In this document: positions 1-7,670 of the stretch, piece by piece
Numbering within the stretch: position 1 is the first letter of the stretch
Layout of the letters: each line of letters starts with the position of its first letter
IMG/VR virus record: IMGVR_UViG_2563366800_000002
Strand: one strand, 5' to 3'
Origin: a virus
Lineage: Duplodnaviria > Heunggongvirae > Uroviricota > Caudoviricetes
Length of the DNA stretch: 15,788 nucleotides
Program-made: the position numbers and the translations under genes
Notes under the pieces: generated by a model
The model's input: only the letters and a program-made list of their open reading frames with translations
Told to the model about the DNA's origin: nothing
The model's database searches: none

Positions 1-1224
1 ATGGCTGGCACAAACAAACTGAGCGACAAAAAGCTAAAAGCATTGCTGGGTTCTGAGCGTGAAGCGCCGATCATGATTGCCGATGGTGAGGGGCTAAGCG
101 TTAAGGTCTCGAAGCAAGGTAACGTTAGCTGGGTATTTTCATACCGGTTGGGAGGAAGGGGTAGCAAACTCGAACGTTTAACGCTTGGCCGTTACCCTGA
201 TATGCCGCTAAAACTTGCGCGAGAAAAGCGGGAACAGTGTCGCCAGTGGCTGGCTGGTGGGCTTGATCCGAAAACTGAGATTGAGCTGAGCACAGAAGAA
301 ACGCTTAAGCCTGTAACGGTTAAAGACGCCCTGGAATATTGGTTGGTGAATTACGCCAGGAGAAAGCGCAGTGATGAGGCGTTGGTGAGGGCGCAGCTAC
401 GCAAGCATATTTACCCGCGACTTGGTCGTTATCCGATCACCAGATGTGAAACCCGCCATTGGGTGGCCTGTTTTGACGAAATAAACCAGACTAAACCCAT
501 GACCGCCGGCCGCATGTTCCAGATTTCTAAACAGGCGTTACGTTTCTGCAAGGTTCGCCGTTATGCTGCCAGTGATGCTCTGGCCTTTCTCACCATTCAG
601 GATGTAGGCCAGCCATCTGGTCAACGTGATCGCGTATTGTCAGATAGCGAGCTGGCTGATGTGTGGCGCTGTACAGATAGCGATGATCAGCAGCCGTATT
701 ATTCACGTCTGCTCAAAATGCTGGTGCTTTTTGGTGCGCGAACGATGGAAGTTCGCCTTTCTCGATGGTCAGAGTGGGATTTTACATCGTGGATTTGGAC
801 TGTACCGAAAGAGCATAGCAAAACCAGAGAGAAAATCGTGAGGTCGATACCTGAAGCTATACGCCCGTGGCTGGAAGAGTTAAAGCGCGAGACAGGGAAA
901 ACAGGTTTGTTACTGGGCGAAGATCGTACCCGTCAGGCTGTATCATTGAAAGGGCGCAGGCTTTTTAAAGATTTTCACCATAACGAGCCGTGGACACTTC
1001 ACGATCTGCGTCGGACGTTTTCTACGGGGCTAAACAATATGGGTATAGCACCGCATATAGTCGAGCTGCTGTTGGGCCATGCCTTGCCGGGAGTTATGGC
1101 GATTTATAACCGTAGTCTTTACTTACCGGAGAAGCTGGACGCGCTGAACAAGTGGTATGACCGCTTAGAACTTCTCGCGGGTAATCACTCTAATATCGTT
1201 ATTTTAAAGGCTGGTGAAAAATGA
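1..1224 (+). CDS. int: Tyrosine site-specific integrase, P4-type
   Basis: 407-aa ORF. C-terminal catalytic region has HDLRRTF, LLGH and the AIYNR tyrosine typical of tyrosine recombinases; N-terminal region resembles the arm-binding domain of P4-like integrases. Gene sits at the island edge. Confidence 0.9.
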   Translation: MAGTNKLSDKKLKALLGSEREAPIMIADGEGLSVKVSKQGNVSWVFSYRLGGRGSKLERLTLGRYPDMPLKLAREKREQCRQWLAGGLDPKTEIELSTEETLKPVTVKDALEYWLVNYARRKRSDEALVRAQLRKHIYPRLGRYPITRCETRHWVACFDEINQTKPMTAGRMFQISKQALRFCKVRRYAASDALAFLTIQDVGQPSGQRDRVLSDSELADVWRCTDSDDQQPYYSRLLKMLVLFGARTMEVRLSRWSEWDFTSWIWTVPKEHSKTREKIVRSIPEAIRPWLEELKRETGKTGLLLGEDRTRQAVSLKGRRLFKDFHHNEPWTLHDLRRTFSTGLNNMGIAPHIVELLLGHALPGVMAIYNRSLYLPEKLDALNKWYDRLELLAGNHSNIVILKAGEK

Positions 1225-2024
1225 GAATTAGCCACAAAAAAGATTTGCCAACATGGTTTGATTTAGATAACTACACTCAATTTATTGGCATGTCAGATAA
1301 AGACTTATTTTATCAGTTGGTTGTTAGATATGACATGCTTGAAAACTTCTATCGATATGGCGGGTCTTTTTATAATGAACCTCTTACAAATAACGATGAA
1401 GTAGGAAGGATACTTGGAAATGGCGCGGTCGCTAATGCGATTGATAGAGCTACGTACTTCTATGATGCGTTTAAACTTCCTATTAAAAGAGAAGGTGTTT
1501 TGTCTGGTGGGGTTGCGTTACGACCAATGTCCATTGAAGACTTTATTTATATGAAAGATGCTGTAGATAATTATATGGAAAATAATTTTACGGGAACGGC
1601 TGAAAATTTAGTTTACCATTCATTTACAAGTGTTAGCTCATTTTTGGAACCAAATGACCTTTTTATTAAAGTTGATTTGTCACGCCCGGATGATTTATTG
1701 ATTGATGTGTTTAAAAAAAACCTCAAGAATTGGCGTGAGGAATTAAAAATAAAAGAAAAGGAAAAAACATACCAGTCATGGGAAACAATTAAAAAAAAGG
1801 TATACGATTATTCACTTTTCCCCGTAGTTGATTTGATGATCTGGGCTAAATCTCGCGGGGCATGCGTCACCAATGGCGTGCTTGCTGTGGCTGTGTTTCC
1901 GAACGGAGAGTATGACTCAACGCAGATAGCGCAAACCGTAAAGCCAAATATAGAAAAAATCTTCTCAATTTCTTCTATAGAAAAAATCAGGTCAGAACTT
2001 CAGGATAGAAAAATTCTTCCTTAA
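1221..2024 (+). CDS. Hypothetical protein, AT-rich orphan cargo gene (function unknown)
   Basis: 267-aa ORF whose ATG (1221) overlaps the integrase TGA (ATGA). Hand counts on three 60-nt lines give 23 to 38% GC, against 57% for a line in int. Lys/Asn/Asp/Tyr-rich protein with no motif I recognise. Confidence 0.6.
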   Translation: MRISHKKDLPTWFDLDNYTQFIGMSDKDLFYQLVVRYDMLENFYRYGGSFYNEPLTNNDEVGRILGNGAVANAIDRATYFYDAFKLPIKREGVLSGGVALRPMSIEDFIYMKDAVDNYMENNFTGTAENLVYHSFTSVSSFLEPNDLFIKVDLSRPDDLLIDVFKKNLKNWREELKIKEKEKTYQSWETIKKKVYDYSLFPVVDLMIWAKSRGACVTNGVLAVAVFPNGEYDSTQIAQTVKPNIEKIFSISSIEKIRSELQDRKILP

Positions 2025-2119
2025 TCTTGGTGGTCAAAACAATTTAATTTTCGTCTAGTGTGACATCCAATCACAAGGATAACAATAGCCCCCACAAACT
2101 TAGAAACAGTGGAGGCAAC

Positions 2120-2404
2120 ATGCAAATTATCACCTTTACCCCGCCAAATCCTGAACAACGCCGCACCATTCTGGAGGAGTACGGCTTCAAGTTCGATCGC
2201 CGAATCCGCGAAGATGAATGCAGCGAGATCACCAGTCTTTCTCGTTCGAGCCGCTGGAAGATGGAACAGCAGGGGCGCTTCCCGCCGCGCTGTCACTTTG
2301 GCCGCAACAGCTGTGCCTGGCTTCTTTCGGATGTGCTCTGGTGGGTTCGTAATCCGCCTGCCGTGGAAAACGTCAATAACCCGTACAGCCGCAAATCTGC
2401 TTAA
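2120..2404 (+). CDS. alpA: AlpA-family transcriptional regulator (phage/island excision-type regulator)
   Basis: GGAGG at 2111-2115 then ATG at 2120. The 94-aa product has the AlpA-like helix-turn-helix pattern (ITSLSRSSRWKMEQQGRFPP ... AWLLSDVLWWVRN). The ORF-track start at 2060 lacks an RBS. Confidence 0.75.
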   Translation: MQIITFTPPNPEQRRTILEEYGFKFDRRIREDECSEITSLSRSSRWKMEQQGRFPPRCHFGRNSCAWLLSDVLWWVRNPPAVENVNNPYSRKSA

Positions 2405-2424
2405 TTAACCACAGGTAATCAGAG

Positions 2425-3108
2425 ATGAAAAATATTAATGCCCTTAACGGGCAGGGATTCGCTCACCCTGTTGCCAGTAAAAGCGATATTAGCGTGCAGC
2501 TTAAACAGCTTCCTGCCGTCGAATTTCACGGGCAACGCGTGGTGACGTTCGCAATGATTGATACCGCGCACCAGCGACCTAAAGACACGGCTAAAAAGAC
2601 TTTTCAGCGTAATCGCACTCGCTTCATTGATGGTGAGGACTTTTTTATTGTCGGCGCGTCAGAGGTCGAATGGGGAGGGGCTGGATATTTAGACAGGGGC
2701 ATTAAACGCCCTGGCAAAAAAATGAACAGTCCGATACGTGGCCGCGTAACACTGATTACGGAATCAGGCTATCTGCTGCTGACCAAACCGTTTAACGATG
2801 ATTTGGCCTGGCAGGTACAGCGCCAGCTCGTGAAAACTTATTTCCGTTGCCCGGAGTTTGTCACTTTCCATCATGTGGATCTGCCGTCGCTCGAAGAACT
2901 GATCGCCATGCCGGTTACTGATGCGCAAAACGCCGTGACTCGTGCGGACAAGCATTCTAAGCAGTTTCATGGCTCACAGGGCAGTAATGGAATGAATCTC
3001 CGCAAGAAGGAACTCAAAGTTCTGCGTCCGGCGGTACGGCTGGTAGATGCGATGGGGCAGATTGATTTCGATAAATATGAGTGGGAGGCGGCACATGATC
3101 GCGCATAA
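2425..3108 (+). CDS. ORF6N-domain protein (antirepressor-like DNA-binding protein)
   Basis: 227-aa ORF. N-terminal segment (FHGQRVVTF..IDTAH...DTAKKTFQRNRTRFIDGEDFFIV ... GRVTLITESGYLLLTKPFNDDLAWQVQRQLVKTYF) fits the ORF6N pattern as recalled from memory. Confidence 0.65.
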   Translation: MKNINALNGQGFAHPVASKSDISVQLKQLPAVEFHGQRVVTFAMIDTAHQRPKDTAKKTFQRNRTRFIDGEDFFIVGASEVEWGGAGYLDRGIKRPGKKMNSPIRGRVTLITESGYLLLTKPFNDDLAWQVQRQLVKTYFRCPEFVTFHHVDLPSLEELIAMPVTDAQNAVTRADKHSKQFHGSQGSNGMNLRKKELKVLRPAVRLVDAMGQIDFDKYEWEAAHDRA

Positions 3109-3225
3109 AACAAAGGCGACCGGGGGCGGTCGCCAATGGGAAAACACTAAACATAAGCCCGAACATCATAGCGATTTGCTGGCTGGTGGGCAATGTGATC
3201 AGTGTGCTGGCTTGCTGGTGGGCTG

Positions 3226-3408
3226 TCAGCCTTTGGGTTCTATGCCTTCTTTGCGTAGCTTATCACGACAAGCATTTTTTACCCATGAGCTGAAATTACC
3301 AGGCCCTGCAACTTCGTTAATTTGTTGCAACAATGTGTCTTCGAAGCGGATGTTTTTCTTTGTGCTGCCGGAGCGATCAAATTTTGGTTTCACATTTTCT
3401 TCTTGCAT
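3226..3408 (-). CDS. YlcI/YnfO-like small ribbon-helix-helix-type protein, candidate repressor
   Basis: 60-aa ORF on the minus strand with KNIRFEDTLLQQINEVAG..GNFSSWVKNACRDKL, matching the YlcI/YnfO signature as recalled. GGTGG lies 9 nt upstream of the ATG. Divergent from the primase operon. Confidence 0.6.
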   Translation of the reverse strand: MQEENVKPKFDRSGSTKKNIRFEDTLLQQINEVAGPGNFSSWVKNACRDKLRKEGIEPKG

Positions 3409-3454
3409 TGGTACGTACCACCGTTATAAACTGAAATCAAATGGTACGTACCAC
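3409..3454. promoter_or_regulatory. Two copies of a 13-bp palindrome-containing repeat TGGTACGTACCAC (3409-3421 and 3442-3454) in the divergent promoter region; candidate operator
   Basis: Exact direct repeat, 33 bp centre to centre; the GGTACGTACC core is a perfect palindrome. Abuts the start of the minus-strand gene and lies about 100 bp upstream of the + strand operon. Confidence 0.5.
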
Positions 3455-3483
3455 ATTAAAAATACGCAACCATTAAATACAGC

Positions 3484-3518
3484 GAAGCCCGGCAGTGCGG
3501 GAACACTAACCGGGCTTC
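3484..3518 (+). other. Leader hairpin: 9-bp perfect inverted repeat GAAGCCCGG / CCGGGCTTC with a 17-nt loop, upstream of the first operon gene
   Basis: Read directly from the sequence. Lies between the operator repeats and the ATG at 3554; not followed by a T-run. Confidence 0.4.
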
Positions 3519-3553
3519 TAACCACCAACGATAACGAGAGTATCGAGGCAGCT

Positions 3554-3757
3554 ATGAGAAATCATACCATACACCCGCAAGGGCGGGACTCGTACAACCT
3601 GAATAAATACATCTGGCGTTTTATCGCCCTGAGCACGGCACAACCGCGCGTGATTCACATCGTGGCCACCAGCGAACAGGAAGCACGCCAGCAATCCCCG
3701 GCTGGCTGCGTGATGGTATTCGCCGCCCGTATTCGTCAGGGGGTGTGCCATGCCTGA
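3554..3757 (+). CDS. Small protein, possible Icd-like host cell division inhibitor; first gene of the primase operon
   Basis: GAGG 5 nt upstream of ATG 3554. The 67-aa product (MRNHTIHPQGRDSYNLNKYIWRFIAL...VMVFAARIRQG) resembles Icd-like proteins of P4-family prophages from memory only. Its end overlaps the next ORF start. Confidence 0.45.
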   Translation: MRNHTIHPQGRDSYNLNKYIWRFIALSTAQPRVIHIVATSEQEARQQSPAGCVMVFAARIRQGVCHA

Positions 3758-4070
3758 TATGTCAAATTACCAGTACCTGATTAATCCGCATTTTAACTGT
3801 GAGCATGATATTGCTAAAAAGGTTTATTCCGCTGCGGATGGGGCTACTGACAATATATCAATGGGTATTGCGTCAATTGGTAGCCTGATGTGGCATGCGT
3901 CAGAAAATGAGGAATATGACGAAAAGGCTATGCGCATTGATATGGGTAATATCGGTTTGTTACTGGCAATGCTTGGGCAGTTTGATATTTCGTTACGGTG
4001 CACCATTGAAAATGCCACAGATGCATTAAATGCCATAAAGAAAGCGAATACTGATTCAAATCGGGGATAA
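3750..4070 (+). CDS. Hypothetical small protein (positional analogue of P4 epsilon)
   Basis: 106-aa ORF whose ATG overlaps the upstream stop by 8 nt. No recognisable motif. Confidence 0.45.
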   Translation: MPDMSNYQYLINPHFNCEHDIAKKVYSAADGATDNISMGIASIGSLMWHASENEEYDEKAMRIDMGNIGLLLAMLGQFDISLRCTIENATDALNAIKKANTDSNRG

Positions 4071-4076
4071 ATAATC

Positions 4077-4376
4077 ATGAGAACATATTTATCTGGCTTG
4101 ACTGCCAGCGGTTATGCACACCCCAAAATTATCCCCGGCGCTATTTATTGGGATAAGAACGGCAACAGAGTAACAGTAAAATCGATAATGTTTGACCGTG
4201 TGTATTTTATTCGTGATGGCTATTCATTTCATAGCTCGCTGAACGTGGAGATCTTTATTTGCAGATTCCGGCGGGAAATCCCGCCTTCCAGAAATAACCA
4301 TGTGTCATGTATGGATGTTGATAAAAAACTACAGGAACTGAAAAACATGATTGCCGCGTGGAGAGAGCAGAAATGA
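4077..4376 (+). CDS. Hypothetical small protein, translationally coupled to the primase gene
   Basis: 99-aa ORF. Its TGA (4374-4376) overlaps the primase ATG (4373-4375) as ATGA. Confidence 0.45.
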   Translation: MRTYLSGLTASGYAHPKIIPGAIYWDKNGNRVTVKSIMFDRVYFIRDGYSFHSSLNVEIFICRFRREIPPSRNNHVSCMDVDKKLQELKNMIAAWREQK

Positions 4377-6496
4377 AAAAAGCGCCAAATTTAAAACACC
4401 AGCCACGTGACAAAATGACGGAAGTCATCATTTTTGCGGGTAGTGATGCGTGGGCACATGCGAATCAGTGGCAGGAACAGGACGGGCGACTGGCTGGCGA
4501 TAACGTGCCTCCTGTCTGGCTTGGAGAGCAACAACTTGCCGAACTGGACAACCTGCAAATCGTACCGGACGGACGCTATCGCGTGCGTCTCTATCAGGCG
4601 GGGTTATTGCGTCCGGGGCTTGTTAATACCATCGGGCAGAAACTGGCAGCGGCAGGTGTCAGGGATGCTGATTATTATCCTGAAGGAATGCACAGCCAGA
4701 AACGGGAGAACTGGCGCGAATATCTGGAACGTGAACGGGCAGAGCAGGCGGAAAAGAAAAAGGTAGTTGAACTGCCTGTAAAGAAAAAAGAGCCATGCTA
4801 TCAGGATGATGAATTAAAGCCCCGCGTTGAAAGTCGCGTCGATGGTGTTTTCTGGGTAACGCCCAAAGTGGATAAGCAGTCAGGCGAAATTATCCGGCCT
4901 GAGACGTGGTTATGTTCTCCGCTTGAACTACTGGGAACGGGGACGATCGGTAAAGAGCATTACCGCGTGATGCGCTGGAAAAAATTAGCAAACCATGAAG
5001 TCATCACAATGGCGATCCCGTGTGGTGGCATTGGCGACCGTGACGGCTGGCGGTTGCTTAAAGATCACGGGCTGAATGTGACAACAAACGGCAAATACAG
5101 GGCTATCCTGGCTGACTGGATGCAGTTAAGCGGAAGCCATGAGGAATGGCAGTTAAGCACAACAACGGGCTGGCATTTTGGCGCGTACATCATGCCGGAC
5201 GGTTCAATCATTGGTGATTCTGAAAAACCGATCCTGTTTACCGGAAAAAGTGCCGCTGTTAATGGCTATTCGGTTGCGGGTACGGCGGAGGGCTGGCGCG
5301 ACAGCGTGGCGCGGCTGGCTGGTGGCAATCCGTCCATGATGCTGGGTGTTGCCACGTCACTGGCAGCACCTTTGATTGGCCTTGTTGGTGCTGACGGCTT
5401 CGGGGTACATCTTTTCGAACAGTCATCGGCAGGGAAAACCACCACGCAGAACATCGCTTCAAGTTTATGGGGAGAGCCGGACGCGCAACGGCTGACCTGG
5501 TACGGAACGGCGTTAGGTATCGCCAACGAGGCCGAAGCACACAACGACGGGCTGTTACCCCTGGATGAAATAGGCCAGGCCGGAAACGCGCGGGAAGTGT
5601 CCACGTCAGCCTATACGCTGTTTAACGGTTCGGGGAAATTACAGGGGGCGAAGGACGGCGGCAACAGGGAGATCAAACACTGGCGCACGGTGGCAATCAG
5701 CACCGGAGAAATGGATGTTGAGACATTCCTCAAAAGTGAGGGGGTAAAAGTCAAAGCAGGCCAGCTTGTCCGTCTGCTTAACGTACCGATGGAGAAAGCC
5801 ACGCAATTTCACGAATACAGCACCGGAAAGGCGCACGCAGACGCGTTAAAGGATGCCTGGACTGCAAATCACGGGGCGGCGGGTCGTGAGTGGGTTAAAT
5901 GGCTGGCAGACCACCAGCAGGAGGCAAAGGACACGGTAAGGGAATGCCGCGAACGGTGGCACAACCTGATACCGGAGAGCTACGGCGAGCAGGTCCACCG
6001 CGTGGGGGAACGTTTCGCCATACTGGAGGCTGCGCTTGTGCTTTCCGGTCATGTAACTGGCTGGGCCGCGCAGGAATGCCGGGACGCAATACAGCATAAC
6101 TTTAATGCCTGGGTGAAGGAGTTCGGCACGGGTAACAGGGAATTTAAACAGATGGTTGAACAGGCTGAGGCGTTTTTGTCGTCGTTCGGGTTCAGTCGAT
6201 ACCTTCCTTACCCAAACAGTGATGAGCGTGATTTACCGATTAAAGACCTTGCCGGATACAGAAAGGGGAGTATCAGAAATGAAGATGATGAGTTCCGCTT
6301 TTACACGTTTCCTCATGTGTTTGAGGGTGAGATAGCACAGGGATTTAATCCGTCTCACTTTGCCCGCGCGTTGAGTGCTGCCGGAATGCTGGAAGCGGGT
6401 AACGATCGCCGTTACAAGAAAAAGGCGCTCGGCAAAATTGGGGGGAAGCAGCATGTTTTTTACGTGCTGATGTTCCAGCCTGAAGCAGAAGATTAA
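4373..6496 (+). CDS. Primase/helicase-type replication initiator (P4 alpha-like)
   Basis: About 707 aa from ATG 4373 (the track's 4358 is a GTG five codons upstream). Walker A-like SSAGKTTTQNIASSLWG in the central region; followed directly by an iteron array. Confidence 0.85.
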   Translation: MKKAPNLKHQPRDKMTEVIIFAGSDAWAHANQWQEQDGRLAGDNVPPVWLGEQQLAELDNLQIVPDGRYRVRLYQAGLLRPGLVNTIGQKLAAAGVRDADYYPEGMHSQKRENWREYLERERAEQAEKKKVVELPVKKKEPCYQDDELKPRVESRVDGVFWVTPKVDKQSGEIIRPETWLCSPLELLGTGTIGKEHYRVMRWKKLANHEVITMAIPCGGIGDRDGWRLLKDHGLNVTTNGKYRAILADWMQLSGSHEEWQLSTTTGWHFGAYIMPDGSIIGDSEKPILFTGKSAAVNGYSVAGTAEGWRDSVARLAGGNPSMMLGVATSLAAPLIGLVGADGFGVHLFEQSSAGKTTTQNIASSLWGEPDAQRLTWYGTALGIANEAEAHNDGLLPLDEIGQAGNAREVSTSAYTLFNGSGKLQGAKDGGNREIKHWRTVAISTGEMDVETFLKSEGVKVKAGQLVRLLNVPMEKATQFHEYSTGKAHADALKDAWTANHGAAGREWVKWLADHQQEAKDTVRECRERWHNLIPESYGEQVHRVGERFAILEAALVLSGHVTGWAAQECRDAIQHNFNAWVKEFGTGNREFKQMVEQAEAFLSSFGFSRYLPYPNSDERDLPIKDLAGYRKGSIRNEDDEFRFYTFPHVFEGEIAQGFNPSHFARALSAAGMLEAGNDRRYKKKALGKIGGKQHVFYVLMFQPEAED

Positions 6497-6520
6497 CTCC
6501 CCTGTGTGAGGTGAAAAGTT

Positions 6521-6643
6521 GCGGGTTATGCGGGTTATCCTGTGTGTAAGTGCATTAACTGTATGAATAAAAAGGAAATCAATAACCCGCACGTAACCCG
6601 CAAAACGGCAGTTATAACCCGCAAAAGTGCGATTATAACCCGC
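6521..6643. repeat. Iteron-type replication origin: GCGGGTTAT x2 (6521-6538), AT-rich spacer, then the complement ATAACCCGC in four copies (6582-6643)
   Basis: Read directly. Inverted arrangement of a 9-mer around an AT-rich core, immediately downstream of the primase gene. Confidence 0.6.
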
Positions 6644-6707
6644 AGAATTTCACCGTAAGGGTGTAAACAAGCGTAACTATCAACGTTAAAACCGGAGAAC
6701 AGACAGC

Positions 6708-7130
6708 ATGACAGCACAGATAGCAGCTTACGGGCGGCTGGTGGCTGACCCGCAGTTAAAGACCACCAGCAAGGGCACACAAATGGCTATGGCAAGCATG
6801 GCGGTCCCCCTGCCGTGCAATCAGGCAGATGACGGACAGGCGACGATGTGGTTATCCGTCCTGGCGTTTGGCAGACAGGCCGACGCACTGGCAAAACACC
6901 ACAAAGGCGAGCTGGTGAGCGTGGCGGGTAACATGCAGGTAAGCCAGTGGACAGGCCAGAACGGGGAAACGCGGCAGGGCTGGCAGGTTATCGCAGACAG
7001 CGTAATCAGTGCCAGAACGGCGCGACCTGGTGGCAAAAAAGGCCAGCAGGGTCAGGCTACTGACGCTCTAAATAGGGCTAAGCAACAGGCGGGGAATGAT
7101 GATCCATACGGGGATAACATACCCTTTTAG
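6708..7130 (+). CDS. ssb: Single-stranded DNA-binding protein (SSB-like)
   Basis: GGAGA RBS then ATG 6708. 140-aa product with a Gly/Gln-rich linker and an acidic C-terminal tip DDPYGDNIPF resembling the SSB DDDIPF tail. Confidence 0.7.
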   Translation: MTAQIAAYGRLVADPQLKTTSKGTQMAMASMAVPLPCNQADDGQATMWLSVLAFGRQADALAKHHKGELVSVAGNMQVSQWTGQNGETRQGWQVIADSVISARTARPGGKKGQQGQATDALNRAKQQAGNDDPYGDNIPF

Positions 7131-7147
7131 CGATAACAGGGGGATAC

Positions 7148-7396
7148 ATGCCAGTGACATTTGAAGAAGTTCAGCAACATAAAAAGTTTCATGGTATTGA
7201 TGATCTGGAAACCACGACAGCAAAAAAATATCGCCGTCTGCTTTCTTCCGATGCGTTATTTGTTGTGGATCATCATGATTTTCTGCGCAGCTCACTGACC
7301 GGGGAAATTTTCGCAACCAACCGTGAGCAGGTGGAAGCGATGATCGAATATTTGTGGAAAATAAGGCGCAGAATGCGCGATCCCGTGAAACAGTAA
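7148..7396 (+). CDS. Hypothetical small protein
   Basis: 82-aa ORF with a purine-rich RBS; last gene before a terminator. No recognisable motif. Confidence 0.4.
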   Translation: MPVTFEEVQQHKKFHGIDDLETTTAKKYRRLLSSDALFVVDHHDFLRSSLTGEIFATNREQVEAMIEYLWKIRRRMRDPVKQ

Positions 7397-7405
7397 AGCG
7401 ATAAA

Positions 7406-7433
7406 GGCCCGGATTTTTCCCGGGTCTTTTTTT
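7406..7433 (+). terminator. Putative intrinsic terminator (5-bp GC stem CCCGG/CCGGG followed by a run of seven T)
   Basis: Sequence aaaGGCCCGGatttttCCCGGGtcttttttt, directly after the replication-module genes. Confidence 0.5.
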
Positions 7434-7525
7434 CAGGTTTTGTAAATTATTTGTTCGTGGTTGTTTCTGGCTGTTCAGTGATTCTGGCTGATATTTACAT
7501 ACTGATTTTTATGTATATGTTGGCG

Positions 7526-7600
7526 TGTGGCACTCAGACGTGAGCCGCCACAATGCCGCCTGACCCCCTGCGCGATGCCGGGTTGATCTGCGAGATGCCG
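7526..7600. promoter_or_regulatory. Candidate late-promoter control region: inverted repeat TGTGGC-N15-GCCACA (7526-7552) followed by three ATGCCG repeats about 21 bp apart (7553, 7575, 7595)
   Basis: Read directly. Lies 70 to 145 bp upstream of the capsid ATG (7671), with no strong -35/-10 nearby. Confidence 0.35.
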
Positions 7601-7670
7601 AGAGTGTCGGGCGGCGCTCCCTCCGTGTTGGTTTCACGTCCTGAATCTTAACCAATACGAGAAAACCTTC

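Noticed and set aside
626-841. 71-aa + strand ORF inside int
   Set aside because: Alternative frame nested in the integrase gene; no independent support.
2021-2296. 91-aa minus-strand ORF
   Set aside because: Antisense to the well-supported alpA gene and its promoter region; no RBS; likely a frame artefact.
3047-3553. 5' part of the 236-aa + strand ORF in the track
   Set aside because: It runs antisense through the YlcI-like gene and across the operator repeats with no RBS; only the 3' portion from ATG 3554 (with GAGG RBS) was kept.
5259-6099. Several 60 to 110-aa ORFs on both strands inside the primase gene
   Set aside because: Pro/Arg/Ala-rich translations typical of wrong-frame reads of GC-rich coding sequence.
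7526-7552. P2 Ogr / P4 Delta-type activator site (TGT-N12-ACA)
   Set aside because: The spacing here (TGT to ACA about 21 nt; TGTGGC-N15-GCCACA) does not fit the N12 consensus, so it is reported only as a generic dyad.
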